DNA of 64,000 nucleotides from Dehalococcoidia bacterium (GTDB taxonomy: Bacteria > Chloroflexota > Dehalococcoidia > DSTF01 > RBG-16-68-14), in the NCBI GenBank assembly GCA_040902195.1, contig JBBDXS010000002.1, positions 100,441 to 164,440 of the forward strand, read 5' to 3'. The translations under genes were made by a program, and so were the position numbers. Numbering within the stretch: the first letter of the stretch is position 1; every line of letters starts with the position of its first letter. This document shows positions 9,240-18,464 of the stretch, piece after piece. The notes beneath the pieces were generated by a model. That model saw only the letters and a program-made list of their open reading frames with translations, had not been told where the DNA came from and made no database searches.

Positions 9240-9259
9240 GATCGTGCTCCTCCCCTGCG

Positions 9260-9802
9260 TTATGCGCGACGGTAGATCGCGACTTGCGTATCGCCGTGGC
9301 GCCGGCTCCAGACCAGCCGGAGCGGTCCCAGCGTCTCGGGCGCCTCGTTTCGGGAGCTCAACTCCAGCACCAGGGTTGCGTCCGGCGCGACCAGCGACGA
9401 GCCCGCTACGGCCCCTACGGCCGCCCGTGCGGCCTCATCATCATACGGCGGATCGGCCAATACCAGCGAGTAGGGCTCGTGAAGCCGCTCTGCCGCTCGC
9501 TCCACGGCCAGCTTGTGCACCTTCGCCTGGTCTTCCAAGCGCAGCAAGCGCAGGTTCTCAGCAATGACGGATGCGGCGGCCGCGTTTCGCTCGACGAAGT
9601 CGCAATGTCCGGCCCCCCTGCTCAATGCTTCGATGCCGAGCGCGCCGCTCCCGGCGTACAGGTCGAGCACGCGCGAGAGGTCCGCGTCTTGCGACGCCAG
9701 CGCGTCGAAAATGGCGCCGCGCACAAGATCGGAGGTCGCGCGCACCCCAGGCGGCGGGTTCTTCAGTCGACGGCCTCCGGCGGCGCCTGCGATCACGCGC
9801 AC
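9260..9802 (-). CDS. rsmD: 16S rRNA m2G966 methyltransferase
   Basis: MRVIAG, LDLYAGSGALGIEALSRGA, ADPPY; next to coaD. Confidence 0.93.
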   Translation of the reverse strand: MRVIAGAAGGRRLKNPPPGVRATSDLVRGAIFDALASQDADLSRVLDLYAGSGALGIEALSRGAGHCDFVERNAAAASVIAENLRLLRLEDQAKVHKLAVERAAERLHEPYSLVLADPPYDDEAARAAVGAVAGSSLVAPDATLVLELSSRNEAPETLGPLRLVWSRRHGDTQVAIYRRA

Positions 9803-9805
9803 AGC

Positions 9806-11428
9806 TTACGGCGCAACGACCGGCACCGAGAGCTCCTGGCCCACGCGCACGATGCCATCGCTCACGATGAGCGTAATCGTGTACGTACCGGGATCCGCGG
9901 GCGTCTGCCAGCTTACCTGCGCACCCTGCTCGCTCGAAAGCGTACCGGCAGACGCTGACCACGCGGGCTGCAGGAGCGTGCTGTTCGGCGTGACGAGTTG
10001 GACCTCGCCCGACTGCGCGTACTGCGCGACCACGGGCCAGATGTTCGATGCCTCCGTCGCAAGCGAGACGTCCTCAACGGCGACACCCCTCAGCTGATAG
10101 CGGCTCGCCAGATCGAGACGGAACGCCTCGCTAAACAAGTCCGCGAGCCAGACGGTGCGGTCACCGCCGCCGCCGGTGTACGTAAACGTGACCGCGCGCG
10201 CGGCCTCGTCCCAGTGTATGCCTGCCGCCGAGATGTTCTGCGCGACGAGCGGCACAGTCGCGTCCGGCGTGAGAGCGGCGCTATCGATCACCGGCTGCGC
10301 GGCAAGGCCCAACGCTTCGGTAAGCGGCATCGTGCGTACGCCATCAACGCTGCGCTCGCGGCTGAACGAACTGATCGTGAGCAGGACCTTGCTTGCGCCG
10401 ACCCGCGACGTGAGAAAGCCGAGCGCGGCGTCGAGGCGCTGGTAGTACGTGTCCTGGTCCGGATCGGCCGCGATCTTGAAGACGGTCACCAGTGGCGACA
10501 GCACCGCCAGATCGAAGCCTTGCGTGTCCCAGTCGCCGCCCTTCTGCGCCGGCGCCGGGATCGTCAGCGTCAGCGTCTTGCCGTCCTGCCCAAGCGCTGT
10601 CGATAGCTCCTGCGCGAACGTCGAAAACTCCGCCTGCAAACCAGGATCGAATCGATACGCCAGCTCGATGCCCGCGTAGTTGCCATCGCGCGCGAGCGCG
10701 GCGATCGCCTGTGTATGTGTGGTGCGCAAGTCCGGAGAGGTGAGAACCGAGTTGATGTTGGTGATCGCGTCCGGCGTCAGCGCGGCAATCACCGGAACGA
10801 CATCGATGGCGAGACCGGACGGAACTTGGAGCGGTCCGCCGGAGAGCTGCCCGTCGGCCGCCGGCGTCAGCCCGAGTGGGTTGAGCGTGCTGAGCAACCC
10901 CTGCGACCGCGGATCGATCTCGCCGCCCGGCTGAAGGTAGCCCGTCACCGTTCGTACCGTCGAGGCCTGACGGAAGGCCGCGACGTTCGTCGGAAAGAAG
11001 GACACCTCGCCCGAGGCGGCGGTGCCATTCGCGACGACTTCCGCATCGCCCAGGCGCTCCCACTCATCGCCCTGATAGGTAAAGAGCGAAAGCTCTTCGT
11101 CGGCCGCAACGGTAGACGATAGATTGACGGTGAGCTTCGCCTTCTGCGACACGGGCGCGGCGACCGAGAGATCGAAGAGCGAGCTGACCGCCTCGAACCC
11201 CGCGGGCGGCGCGGGCATGTCGTCTCGGATCGTCGTTGCAATGTTGTCCGGCAGCTTGGCGCCGCCGCCGCCGCTGTCGAGAATGGAGATGGGCGGCAGT
11301 ACGAGGATAAGTAGCAGGACGCCGAGCGCGATGCTCAGGCCGACGACGATGAGCGCAGTCCGATCGCGCGCGTACGGCGCTTCCGGCTGGAGGATCTCAT
11401 CGAACGGGCCGTGTTCTTCGTCTGCCAT
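9806..11428 (-). CDS. Membrane-anchored protein with GH18-like barrel (catalytic motif degenerate) and C-terminal Ig/PKD-like domain
   Basis: N-terminal TM; NYAGIELAYR at the DxxDxDxE position; GFDLAVL, RTVWLAD, YQLRGVAV; PGTYTITLIVSDG. Confidence 0.6.
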   Translation of the reverse strand: MADEEHGPFDEILQPEAPYARDRTALIVVGLSIALGVLLLILVLPPISILDSGGGGAKLPDNIATTIRDDMPAPPAGFEAVSSLFDLSVAAPVSQKAKLTVNLSSTVAADEELSLFTYQGDEWERLGDAEVVANGTAASGEVSFFPTNVAAFRQASTVRTVTGYLQPGGEIDPRSQGLLSTLNPLGLTPAADGQLSGGPLQVPSGLAIDVVPVIAALTPDAITNINSVLTSPDLRTTHTQAIAALARDGNYAGIELAYRFDPGLQAEFSTFAQELSTALGQDGKTLTLTIPAPAQKGGDWDTQGFDLAVLSPLVTVFKIAADPDQDTYYQRLDAALGFLTSRVGASKVLLTISSFSRERSVDGVRTMPLTEALGLAAQPVIDSAALTPDATVPLVAQNISAAGIHWDEAARAVTFTYTGGGGDRTVWLADLFSEAFRLDLASRYQLRGVAVEDVSLATEASNIWPVVAQYAQSGEVQLVTPNSTLLQPAWSASAGTLSSEQGAQVSWQTPADPGTYTITLIVSDGIVRVGQELSVPVVAP

Positions 11429-11651
11429 GGGGCGGATCGGTGGGTCCTTTAGGTGGCAGCGCCGCCGTGAGAGGCCTGGCGCCGCTCGCCCGCTTGAATT
11501 TGGAGTACTCGTAGGGCGCGGTTATTGTAGCACCGCCCCTCACGAGCGCAAGCGGACGGCGCGACGAACACGAGTCTGCGGGAACGACAGCAATCACCCC
11601 GAGATGCAGGTTGCTTCCCGGGGTGAAGATCGCGGGGCTGAGGCGTTGCCG

Positions 11652-12674
11652 CTAGTTGCAGGTGGTTCCGAACTGGAAGGCTACGCCGAAGATGTCCGTG
11701 AACAGGTCGATCTGGCCGTCCGGTGGCCCAAGCTGCCAGGCGGGCGCGCCCGGCGGCGCCGGCGAACGGTCGAACGCGGGATGGTAGCCGGTCAGGGGCT
11801 GCGGCGAAAGCGGATCCGTGTTGCGGTTGATCGCCGCACGGCCCCCGTCGTCGGTCGCGCTCCAGTGAATCATAACGCCAAAGATGTCATCGTTCAGTGA
11901 GATCGTGCCGTCGTAGCTGTTCGAGTCGTTGGGCACGTCGAAAAAGTCCCAGTAGTTGTTCGGGTCGAGCTGGCCGCCCTGCGTGAGGTCCGAGCCGCGC
12001 TCACGCGCGTCGGAGCAGCCGTCGCCGTCGTTGTCGGGTGTCGTGCCCGGCATGCGGACTCCAGGCGCACCGACATCGCCCGGCGGCGGAGCCGGCGTGG
12101 GCGTAGCCGTCGCGCCAACCGGAGGCGTGTAACCGTCGTCGTAGCCGCCGAACTCTGTCGTCCAGTACCAGTCGTACGGAGCGCTCGCGTTGTACGCCCG
12201 GCCGATGCCGATGACGGTGTAGTGCCCATTCAGCATGTTCGCATTGTGGCCGGGGCTGTTGAGCCACTGCTGGTAGGTGTCCGGAGCGGTCTCATTCCCG
12301 GCAGCGATGTTCTCTCCGATCCAGGTATTGAACGTGTAGTTGCAGTCCCGGAAGCGCTGGACCCACGTGCGGTTGATCGGCGTGTCATCGTGCGCGAAGT
12401 ACGACTGGTCCGCCATGTGCTTCGATTTCCAAGCCGCCGTCTTGTTCAGCGTCGACGAGAACGAAAGCGCTGGCTGTCCGTTCTCCGTGCGGTGCTGGTT
12501 GATGAGCCCGAGCATCTCCTGCTCTGCGCCATCGACCGCCGCATCCGCTGGCGCCACTGTGCAATTCGGGCCGGCCAGCGCGGGGCTAGCCGCGCCCGCG
12601 TACAGGCCGGCCGCTCCAAGGGCGACGAGCGCGGCTAGCGCCGCGAGGCGTACGAAGAGTCTGCGATATCTCAT
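11652..12674 (-). CDS. Secreted CAP/SCP-domain protein with C-terminal flexitail/dockerin-like domain
   Basis: Signal peptide; GENIAAG, WLNSPGHNANML; Pro/Thr linker; DNDGDGCSD..E...GG..DPNNYWDFFDV. Confidence 0.8.
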   Translation of the reverse strand: MRYRRLFVRLAALAALVALGAAGLYAGAASPALAGPNCTVAPADAAVDGAEQEMLGLINQHRTENGQPALSFSSTLNKTAAWKSKHMADQSYFAHDDTPINRTWVQRFRDCNYTFNTWIGENIAAGNETAPDTYQQWLNSPGHNANMLNGHYTVIGIGRAYNASAPYDWYWTTEFGGYDDGYTPPVGATATPTPAPPPGDVGAPGVRMPGTTPDNDGDGCSDARERGSDLTQGGQLDPNNYWDFFDVPNDSNSYDGTISLNDDIFGVMIHWSATDDGGRAAINRNTDPLSPQPLTGYHPAFDRSPAPPGAPAWQLGPPDGQIDLFTDIFGVAFQFGTTCN

Positions 12675-12895
12675 TGGCTCCCTCTAGGGGCCGCGCGTAC
12701 ACGGCTCCTCCCAATGAAGCATCGGCCCCTGAGAGGGTGATCTGTTGCGCCTTTCGTCACAATGGGCGGGGGCATCGGGCTCTCGAGGAGCGAGGCGGAG
12801 GAAGCGGAGCGGGCCGGAGGGCCGGAAGTGAGGCGTGTCGCGGCAGTCGCGATTGCTGAATGGCGGCTGGCTCCTTCCAGCTTTGGGTCCAAAAC

Positions 12896-13120
12896 TCAGC
12901 GTGCCGGAGGGCGGCGGCTGAGCTTCCTGGCATATTTGTACACCATCCGGCGCATATGGAACACGTCTGTGCCGGCGCCGTTGATGCCTCCGACCGTGAC
13001 GGCGCAGCCGTAGCCTGCCTTTCGTACCGCCTCCACGGCTACCTCCGAGACGTGCTTCTCCTTGCCGAACGGGTACGCAAACGCGATTTCGGGAGGATGC
13101 TGTCGAGCTGCTCCCGGCCG
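12896..13120 (-). pseudogene. 3' remnant of a polysaccharide deacetylase (NodB-like) gene
   Basis: Manual translation: IAFAYPFGKEKHVSEVAVEAVRKAGYGCAVTVGGINGAGTDVFHMRR; no N-terminal part or start. Confidence 0.65.
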
Positions 13121-13180
13121 TCCGGCCGGCTTCAGTTTACGCCAGCCTGATTGCAGGGAGACCCGCCGTAGACGTAAGGA

Positions 13181-13206
13181 CAGGGGCGCACAGCTGTGCG
13201 CCCCTG
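13181..13206. repeat. REP-like palindrome
   Basis: CAGGGGCGCACAGCTGTGCGCCCCTG, same core as 15392-15419. Confidence 0.8.
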
Positions 13207-13229
13207 TGATGTCGCCGCTGCGTTGGCGT

Positions 13230-13835
13230 TCAGACGAGCCCTTCGCGGATCGCGCGCACCGTTGCGTCTGTGCGCGAGTTCGCGCCCATCTTCAGCAAAA
13301 TGTGCCGCACGTGGTTGTGCACCGTGTACGGACTTCGCCCGAGCGACTTTGCGATCTCCTTGTCCGTCTTTCCGCCAGCGACGTGACGGAGCACGGTCAG
13401 CTCGCGGTCGGTGAGACGGTACCGGCCATGACGCCGGCCCGCCTCATTCTCTTCTTGCTGCTCCGGGGCGTCGGTCTGCGCGTGGACGTCCTCCAGCGCC
13501 TGGACCGATGCCGCGTAATACACGACAGTCCCATCCTTGTCGCGGACCGCGAGGACCTCCGCGCGCGCCGGAAAGCCGGAGCCGTCCTTGCGAACGTGCA
13601 TCAGCTCGACGGTGCGGTGGCCGGTCTGGTTGAGCGCCTCGATGATGCCGGGGAGCTGCCCGCGATGCTCCGGCGCGAGCAGCGTTTCGAGGCGCTTGCC
13701 GACGAGCTCCTCGCGCTGGTAGCCGTGCATCTCCGCGTAGCGGGAATCGACGTTTGAAAGCGTGACGTCGGACGCATTGGCGACGACCAGGCCGCATTGC
13801 TGGCTGGTCTCTTCGTTTTGTTTGGTAGCGTTCAT
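13230..13835 (-). CDS. PAS-domain LuxR-family transcriptional regulator
   Basis: GYQREELVG...RKDGSGFP (PAS); LTDRELTVL...GKTDKEIA..LGRSPYTVHNHVRHIL (LuxR HTH). Confidence 0.92.
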   Translation of the reverse strand: MNATKQNEETSQQCGLVVANASDVTLSNVDSRYAEMHGYQREELVGKRLETLLAPEHRGQLPGIIEALNQTGHRTVELMHVRKDGSGFPARAEVLAVRDKDGTVVYYAASVQALEDVHAQTDAPEQQEENEAGRRHGRYRLTDRELTVLRHVAGGKTDKEIAKSLGRSPYTVHNHVRHILLKMGANSRTDATVRAIREGLV

Positions 13836-13995
13836 CGCGCTGCCTCCCTTGCGGGTTGGCCGGACAATCCGACAGCCCTTGCGACGCCTTTCGGACGCCG
13901 CGTCCCCCGAGATGGTGGTTCCCGCCAGGCCGCGTTTCGCTCCTGACGTGCGTGCGGGCCGGCGCTACTGCTGATGCGCGGTAGAAACCCGAGTA

Positions 13996-14072
13996 TGGTG
14001 GGCGATGCAGGACTTGAACCTGCGACCTTCTGTGTGTAAAACAGACGCTCTAGCCAACTGAGCTAATCGCCC
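13996..14072 (-). tRNA. tRNA-Val(TAC)
   Basis: GGGCGAT acceptor stem, anticodon arm TCTGT-TT TAC AC-ACAGA, GGTTCAAGTCC, encoded CCA. Confidence 0.97.
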
Positions 14073-14170
14073 GCGTGCGTTATGGTATCACGTAGCGAAT
14101 GGTGCGTGCCACGAATAGGCTGCACCGGACGTATACACTTCGTTGCAATATGCCGGTGAATGAACGCCAT

Positions 14171-15349
14171 TCATCCGCGCGCAAGTCGCATGAGCGTGCG
14201 TCCGACGCGCGCAAGGCTTTCGAGATTGTGCACCGGCAACAGCTCATCGACTGACGGCAGCGCGGCCGCCATGCCTTGCGCAACGGGCTGATAGCGATCG
14301 TCACCGACGAGCGGATTGAGCCAGAGCACGCGAAACGCGCGCCGGCTCAGCACACGCATCTCGCGCCGGAGTTGCTCAACGTCGCCGCGGTCCCAACCGT
14401 CGCTGATGATCACAACGACCGTGCGCGGGCCGAGGCGTTGCTTGGCGTAGCGCAGGTTGAAGTCCGCGATACAGCCGCCGATGCGCGTGCCGCCGGACCA
14501 GCCCTCGACATGGCGGCTGACGCGCGCGAGCGCCTCGTCGAAGTTGCGCGAATGGAGGAGCGGCGTCACCTCGAACAGCTTGGTGCTGAATACGAACGTG
14601 CTCACGCCACGCAGCTCGTTCTGAAGGCCGTAGACGAACTGCGCCAAGAAGCGGGAGTAGACGTCCATCGAGCCGCTCACGTCGCAGAGGAGAACGACGT
14701 TCAGCCGCTTGACACGACGGCGGCGGCGCACGAGGCGCTCGACCTCGCCGCCGCGGCGGGCGGCGATGCGCAGGCTGCGCCGCAGGTCGATCTCGCTGCC
14801 GGTGCGCGACGCGCGACGCCGGCGCGTCGTCGTGGTCGCGAGCTTAGGGGCGAGGCGGCGCAGGTAACGTCGGGCCTCGCGCACATCGTCGTCGCGGTAC
14901 GTGGCGAAGTCCTTGTGCACGAGGACGTCCTCGCCGCTATAGCTGCGCGGCGGCGTTTCGGCGTTCGACGCGGACGCCGCGTTGTCGCGCGCGTACGCGA
15001 GGTTCATCTGTTCGACCATACCGAGCCGCGCCTCTCCGCGTTCGAAACGCGGGGGCTTTGGTTGTTCTTGCTGCGCTTCCTCACGCGCCAGACGCCAGAA
15101 GCGATCGAACAGCACGTCGAAGACGGGGCGGTCGTCGACGGTGGTGAGCAGGGTCGCGGAGAGCGCGGCGCGGAAGTCATCGCGGCGGGTGACATCGATC
15201 TCGCGCAGGCAGTGCGCGGCGGCGAGGACCTGGGTGGTGGTGACCTCGAGTTCGCCGGCTTTGAGGACGGCGGCGAAACGCACCAGGTTGCCGGCCAGGT
15301 CGCCGTGGCGCCCGGCAAGGGCATCGAGGACGGGTTGGAGCTGGTTCAT
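14171..15349 (-). CDS. CoxE-like vWA-domain protein
   Basis: LCDVSGSMDVYSR, FVFSTKL, WSGGTRIG, IISDGWDRG, WLNPL. Confidence 0.9.
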   Translation of the reverse strand: MNQLQPVLDALAGRHGDLAGNLVRFAAVLKAGELEVTTTQVLAAAHCLREIDVTRRDDFRAALSATLLTTVDDRPVFDVLFDRFWRLAREEAQQEQPKPPRFERGEARLGMVEQMNLAYARDNAASASNAETPPRSYSGEDVLVHKDFATYRDDDVREARRYLRRLAPKLATTTTRRRRASRTGSEIDLRRSLRIAARRGGEVERLVRRRRRVKRLNVVLLCDVSGSMDVYSRFLAQFVYGLQNELRGVSTFVFSTKLFEVTPLLHSRNFDEALARVSRHVEGWSGGTRIGGCIADFNLRYAKQRLGPRTVVVIISDGWDRGDVEQLRREMRVLSRRAFRVLWLNPLVGDDRYQPVAQGMAAALPSVDELLPVHNLESLARVGRTLMRLARG

Positions 15350-15391
15350 GATTCGTTTGGCAGGGTAACGGATCGGGGCGAGCCGGAAATG

Positions 15392-15419
15392 GTAGGGGCG
15401 CACAGCTGTGCGCCCCTAC
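15392..15419. repeat. GTAG-type REP-like perfect palindrome
   Basis: GTAGGGGCGCACAGCTGTGCGCCCCTAC. Confidence 0.85.
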
Positions 15420-15449
15420 GATGTGCAGCAGATGAAAACCCTAGCTCAG

Positions 15450-16118
15450 CTAGCGGACGATGCCTCGGAGGTCGCCGGCGAGGGGGTAGGCGTCGCCCCA
15501 ACGTTTGCGCTGTTCGGCGATGCGCTCGATGAGGAGCTGGCGGTAGGCGTTCGAGCGCAGCTCGGGTGTGGTCATGAGGACGGCGTCCTCCTGCGTGTCG
15601 CTGTAGTACTTCGCGCGGATGCCGACCTGGCGGAAGCCGTACTTCTCGTAGAGGGCGCGCGCGGCGGCGCTCGAGATGCGGTACTCGAGCGTGACCTCGT
15701 CTTGATGTTCGCGGATCGCCGTCTCGATCGCAGCGACGAGGAGCACTTCGCCGATGCCCTGGCGCCGGCACTCCGGGCGGACGGCGATGGTGACGATGTG
15801 CGCGTCGCCGACCATGAGCCAGAGGCCGACGACGCCGAGGATGCGGTCAGACGTGCCGGGCGTGTCGGGCAGACCTCCGATGAAGCGCTTGACAAAGCGG
15901 CGCATACCGGGCGTGTCCGCCGGCGGCGACGCGAGGCTGGCGTGTTCCGCGGACGGCTCGTACGCGACAAGGTAGCGCGCCATCTTGTTCTTCATCTCGC
16001 GTTGGTAGACGGTCTGGGGCCACATGGTGGGGAACGACTGGCGCTCGATGTCGAGGATCTGGGGTATGTCGGCGGCCTGCATCGGCCTGATACGACAGTG
16101 GACAGCAGCGACGCGCAT
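15450..16118 (-). CDS. rimI: Ribosomal-protein-alanine N-acetyltransferase
   Basis: IERQSFPTMW, AHIVTIAVRP..RRQGIG, LYEKYGF..VGIRAKYYSDTQEDA; SD GAGGAG. Confidence 0.88.
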   Translation of the reverse strand: MRVAAVHCRIRPMQAADIPQILDIERQSFPTMWPQTVYQREMKNKMARYLVAYEPSAEHASLASPPADTPGMRRFVKRFIGGLPDTPGTSDRILGVVGLWLMVGDAHIVTIAVRPECRRQGIGEVLLVAAIETAIREHQDEVTLEYRISSAAARALYEKYGFRQVGIRAKYYSDTQEDAVLMTTPELRSNAYRQLLIERIAEQRKRWGDAYPLAGDLRGIVR

Positions 16119-16161
16119 GATCGCTCCTCGAACGTCTGGGGGACGGGAGCAGTGTAGCGCG

Positions 16162-16555
16162 AGGAACCAGGAACAGGGAACAAGGACAGGGATCGTGGGA
16201 GGTTGGGTCGCCGGTGGCTCGCCGCTAGTCGTCGGGCGGCTGTCAACGGATAGAGGTACGGATAAACGGATCAGCGCGGTGAGAGATGGGGTGTGGGGGC
16301 GGCTCGCGAGACGCCCCACACCGTCGTGGGAGGCGATCGGCGATGATCTTGCGCGCGGGCCTGTCTCCTGCGGCGACTCTTCGAGGGGCGCCGTGGCGAC
16401 CTGAAGGTCGCCGCTACGGATGGTGCGCGTGGAGGTCCGGAGGCTGTGAGGTTGCGCGCACACTAACAGAGGGTTTGGGCGCTGGCGCGAGGAACCTCAG
16501 GTCCTTCGGGCTCCCCGCCCCCGTGCGCTCTACCCCGCTCCCCTCAGGATGACAG
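16162..16555. repeat. Intergenic cluster of heptamer tandem repeats and REP-like hairpins
   Basis: AGGAACC/AGGAACA/GGGAACA run 16162-16189; palindromes 16291-16321 and 16393-16417; CTCAGGATGACA end resembling 5937-5948. Confidence 0.6.
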
Positions 16556-16632
16556 CGAGCGTCGCTACGTTGACGTTAGCGTAAAGATTAGGTAGACTGC
16601 CGCGAAGCTAGCTCGCGGGTCCTTAGATACAC

Positions 16633-18462
16633 ATGCGCGATCGCTCGAAACCTGTTGTTCTCCGCCTGATCTCGTTCGCCCTGCCCTATTGGAGGCAGGT
16701 CTTGTTCGCGCTCGCCTGCGTGGGCGCCTCCACAGCCTTTGTCGTAATGATGCCACTGCTCCTGGAGTGGGCGATCGATACGGGGCTGGACATCAACACG
16801 GTCAACGGCGTTCGCATCGCCGAGGGAAGCAAGCGCACGCTGGTGCTGCTGGCGTTCGCGATCATCGGTGCGGCGGCGGGCCGCGGACTGTTCGCATACG
16901 GGCAGCAGTACCTGGCGGAGTGGATCGCGCAGCGGGTCGCGTACGACATCCGCAACAACATCTATAACCACCTGCAGCGCCTCAGTTTTGCCTATCACGA
17001 CAGGGCGCAGACCGGACAGATCATGTCGCGCGCGACGCAGGACGTAGAGGGCGTGCGCCTCTTCATCTCGATGGGGGTCGTGCGGCTCGTGTACGTGATG
17101 GGCCTGCTGGTAGCGACGCTGCTGCTGATGATCACGCGGAACTGGGTGCTGGCGCTCGTCTCGTGGGCGTTCGTTCCACTCACGGCGTACCTCTCGATCC
17201 GCGTGACGATGAAGCTGCGGCCGCTCTGGACGAACGTGCAGAACCTGCAGGGGACGATGGGCACCGTGCTGCAGGAGAGCCTTTCCGGCCAACGCGTCGT
17301 GAAGGCGTTTGCCGGCGAGCAACGCGAGAACGTCAAGTTCGCGAAGGAGGCGAAGGAGCTGTTCGAGAACGCGTACGCGACGAACAAGATCCAGGCCTTC
17401 AACACGCCGTTCATCTCGAGCATCTGGATGCTCTCACTCGTAACCGTCGCGTGGGTCGGTGCGCTGCAGATCCGCGCGGGCAACCTGACGGCGGGCGAGC
17501 TGAGCGCGTTCGTCGTGCTGCTGACGATGCTGCAGTTGCCGGTGCGGAGTCTGGGGTGGATCGTGATGCTGTTTGCACGGGCGCAGTCGTCCGGCGAGCG
17601 CATCTACGAGATCCTGGACGCCGAGTCGGCGGTGAAGGAGAAACCCGGCGCGATCGAGCTGACCGGCGCGCGGGGCCACGTCGCGTTCGAGAGCGTCTCG
17701 TTCGCGTACGACGTGGTGAGCCCTGTGCTCCGCGACGTGAACATCGATGCGCAGCCGGGACAGGTGATCGCGCTGCTGGGCCCGACCGGCTCCGGCAAGA
17801 CGACCGTTGTGAACCTGCTGCCACGTTTCTACGACCCGACCAGCGGGCGGATCACGATCGACGGCATCGACATCCGCGACGTGACGCTGGCGTCGCTGCG
17901 GCGCAGCATCGGCACCGTGCAGCAGGACGTGTTCCTGTTCTCGGCGACGATCCGCGAGAACATCGCCTACGGCGCCGTAGACGCGACGCAGCAGGAGATC
18001 GAACGCGTCGCGAAGGCTGCGCGCATCCACGACTTCATCGAAGCGATGCCCGGCGGCTACGACACCTGGGTGGGCGAGCGCGGCGTGACACTCTCGGGCG
18101 GCCAGCGCCAGCGCGTGTCGATCGCGCGGACGCTGCTGATGGACCCGCGCATACTGATCTTCGACGACTCGACGTCGAGCGTGGACATGGAGACGGAGTA
18201 CCTGATCCAGCAGGCGCTCAGTGAGTTGATGAAGGGCCGCACGACGTTCGTCATCGCGCAGCGGCTACGCACGGTGAAAGAAGCGGACCAGATCCTGGTG
18301 CTGCAGCACGGCGAGATCGCCGAGCGGGGCACCCACGCGGACCTGATCGAGCAGGACGGTCTCTACCGCCAGATTTACGATCTTGAGCTGCGCGACCAGG
18401 AGGAAGCGTTCGAGCGGGAGCGCGCAGTCGCGGAGCCGGCGCCCGCAGGGGGGGGCGGCTAG
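16633..18462 (+). CDS. ABC exporter, fused permease/ATPase (heterodimer subunit 1)
   Basis: TM domain; GPTGSGKT, LSGGQRQR, ILIFDD. Confidence 0.95.
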   Translation: MRDRSKPVVLRLISFALPYWRQVLFALACVGASTAFVVMMPLLLEWAIDTGLDINTVNGVRIAEGSKRTLVLLAFAIIGAAAGRGLFAYGQQYLAEWIAQRVAYDIRNNIYNHLQRLSFAYHDRAQTGQIMSRATQDVEGVRLFISMGVVRLVYVMGLLVATLLLMITRNWVLALVSWAFVPLTAYLSIRVTMKLRPLWTNVQNLQGTMGTVLQESLSGQRVVKAFAGEQRENVKFAKEAKELFENAYATNKIQAFNTPFISSIWMLSLVTVAWVGALQIRAGNLTAGELSAFVVLLTMLQLPVRSLGWIVMLFARAQSSGERIYEILDAESAVKEKPGAIELTGARGHVAFESVSFAYDVVSPVLRDVNIDAQPGQVIALLGPTGSGKTTVVNLLPRFYDPTSGRITIDGIDIRDVTLASLRRSIGTVQQDVFLFSATIRENIAYGAVDATQQEIERVAKAARIHDFIEAMPGGYDTWVGERGVTLSGGQRQRVSIARTLLMDPRILIFDDSTSSVDMETEYLIQQALSELMKGRTTFVIAQRLRTVKEADQILVLQHGEIAERGTHADLIEQDGLYRQIYDLELRDQEEAFERERAVAEPAPAGGGG

Positions 18463-18464
18463 CG

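Noticed and set aside
13996-14072. tRNA-Val as an active integration site
   Set aside because: No integrase and no duplicated tRNA 3' end noticed in the window.
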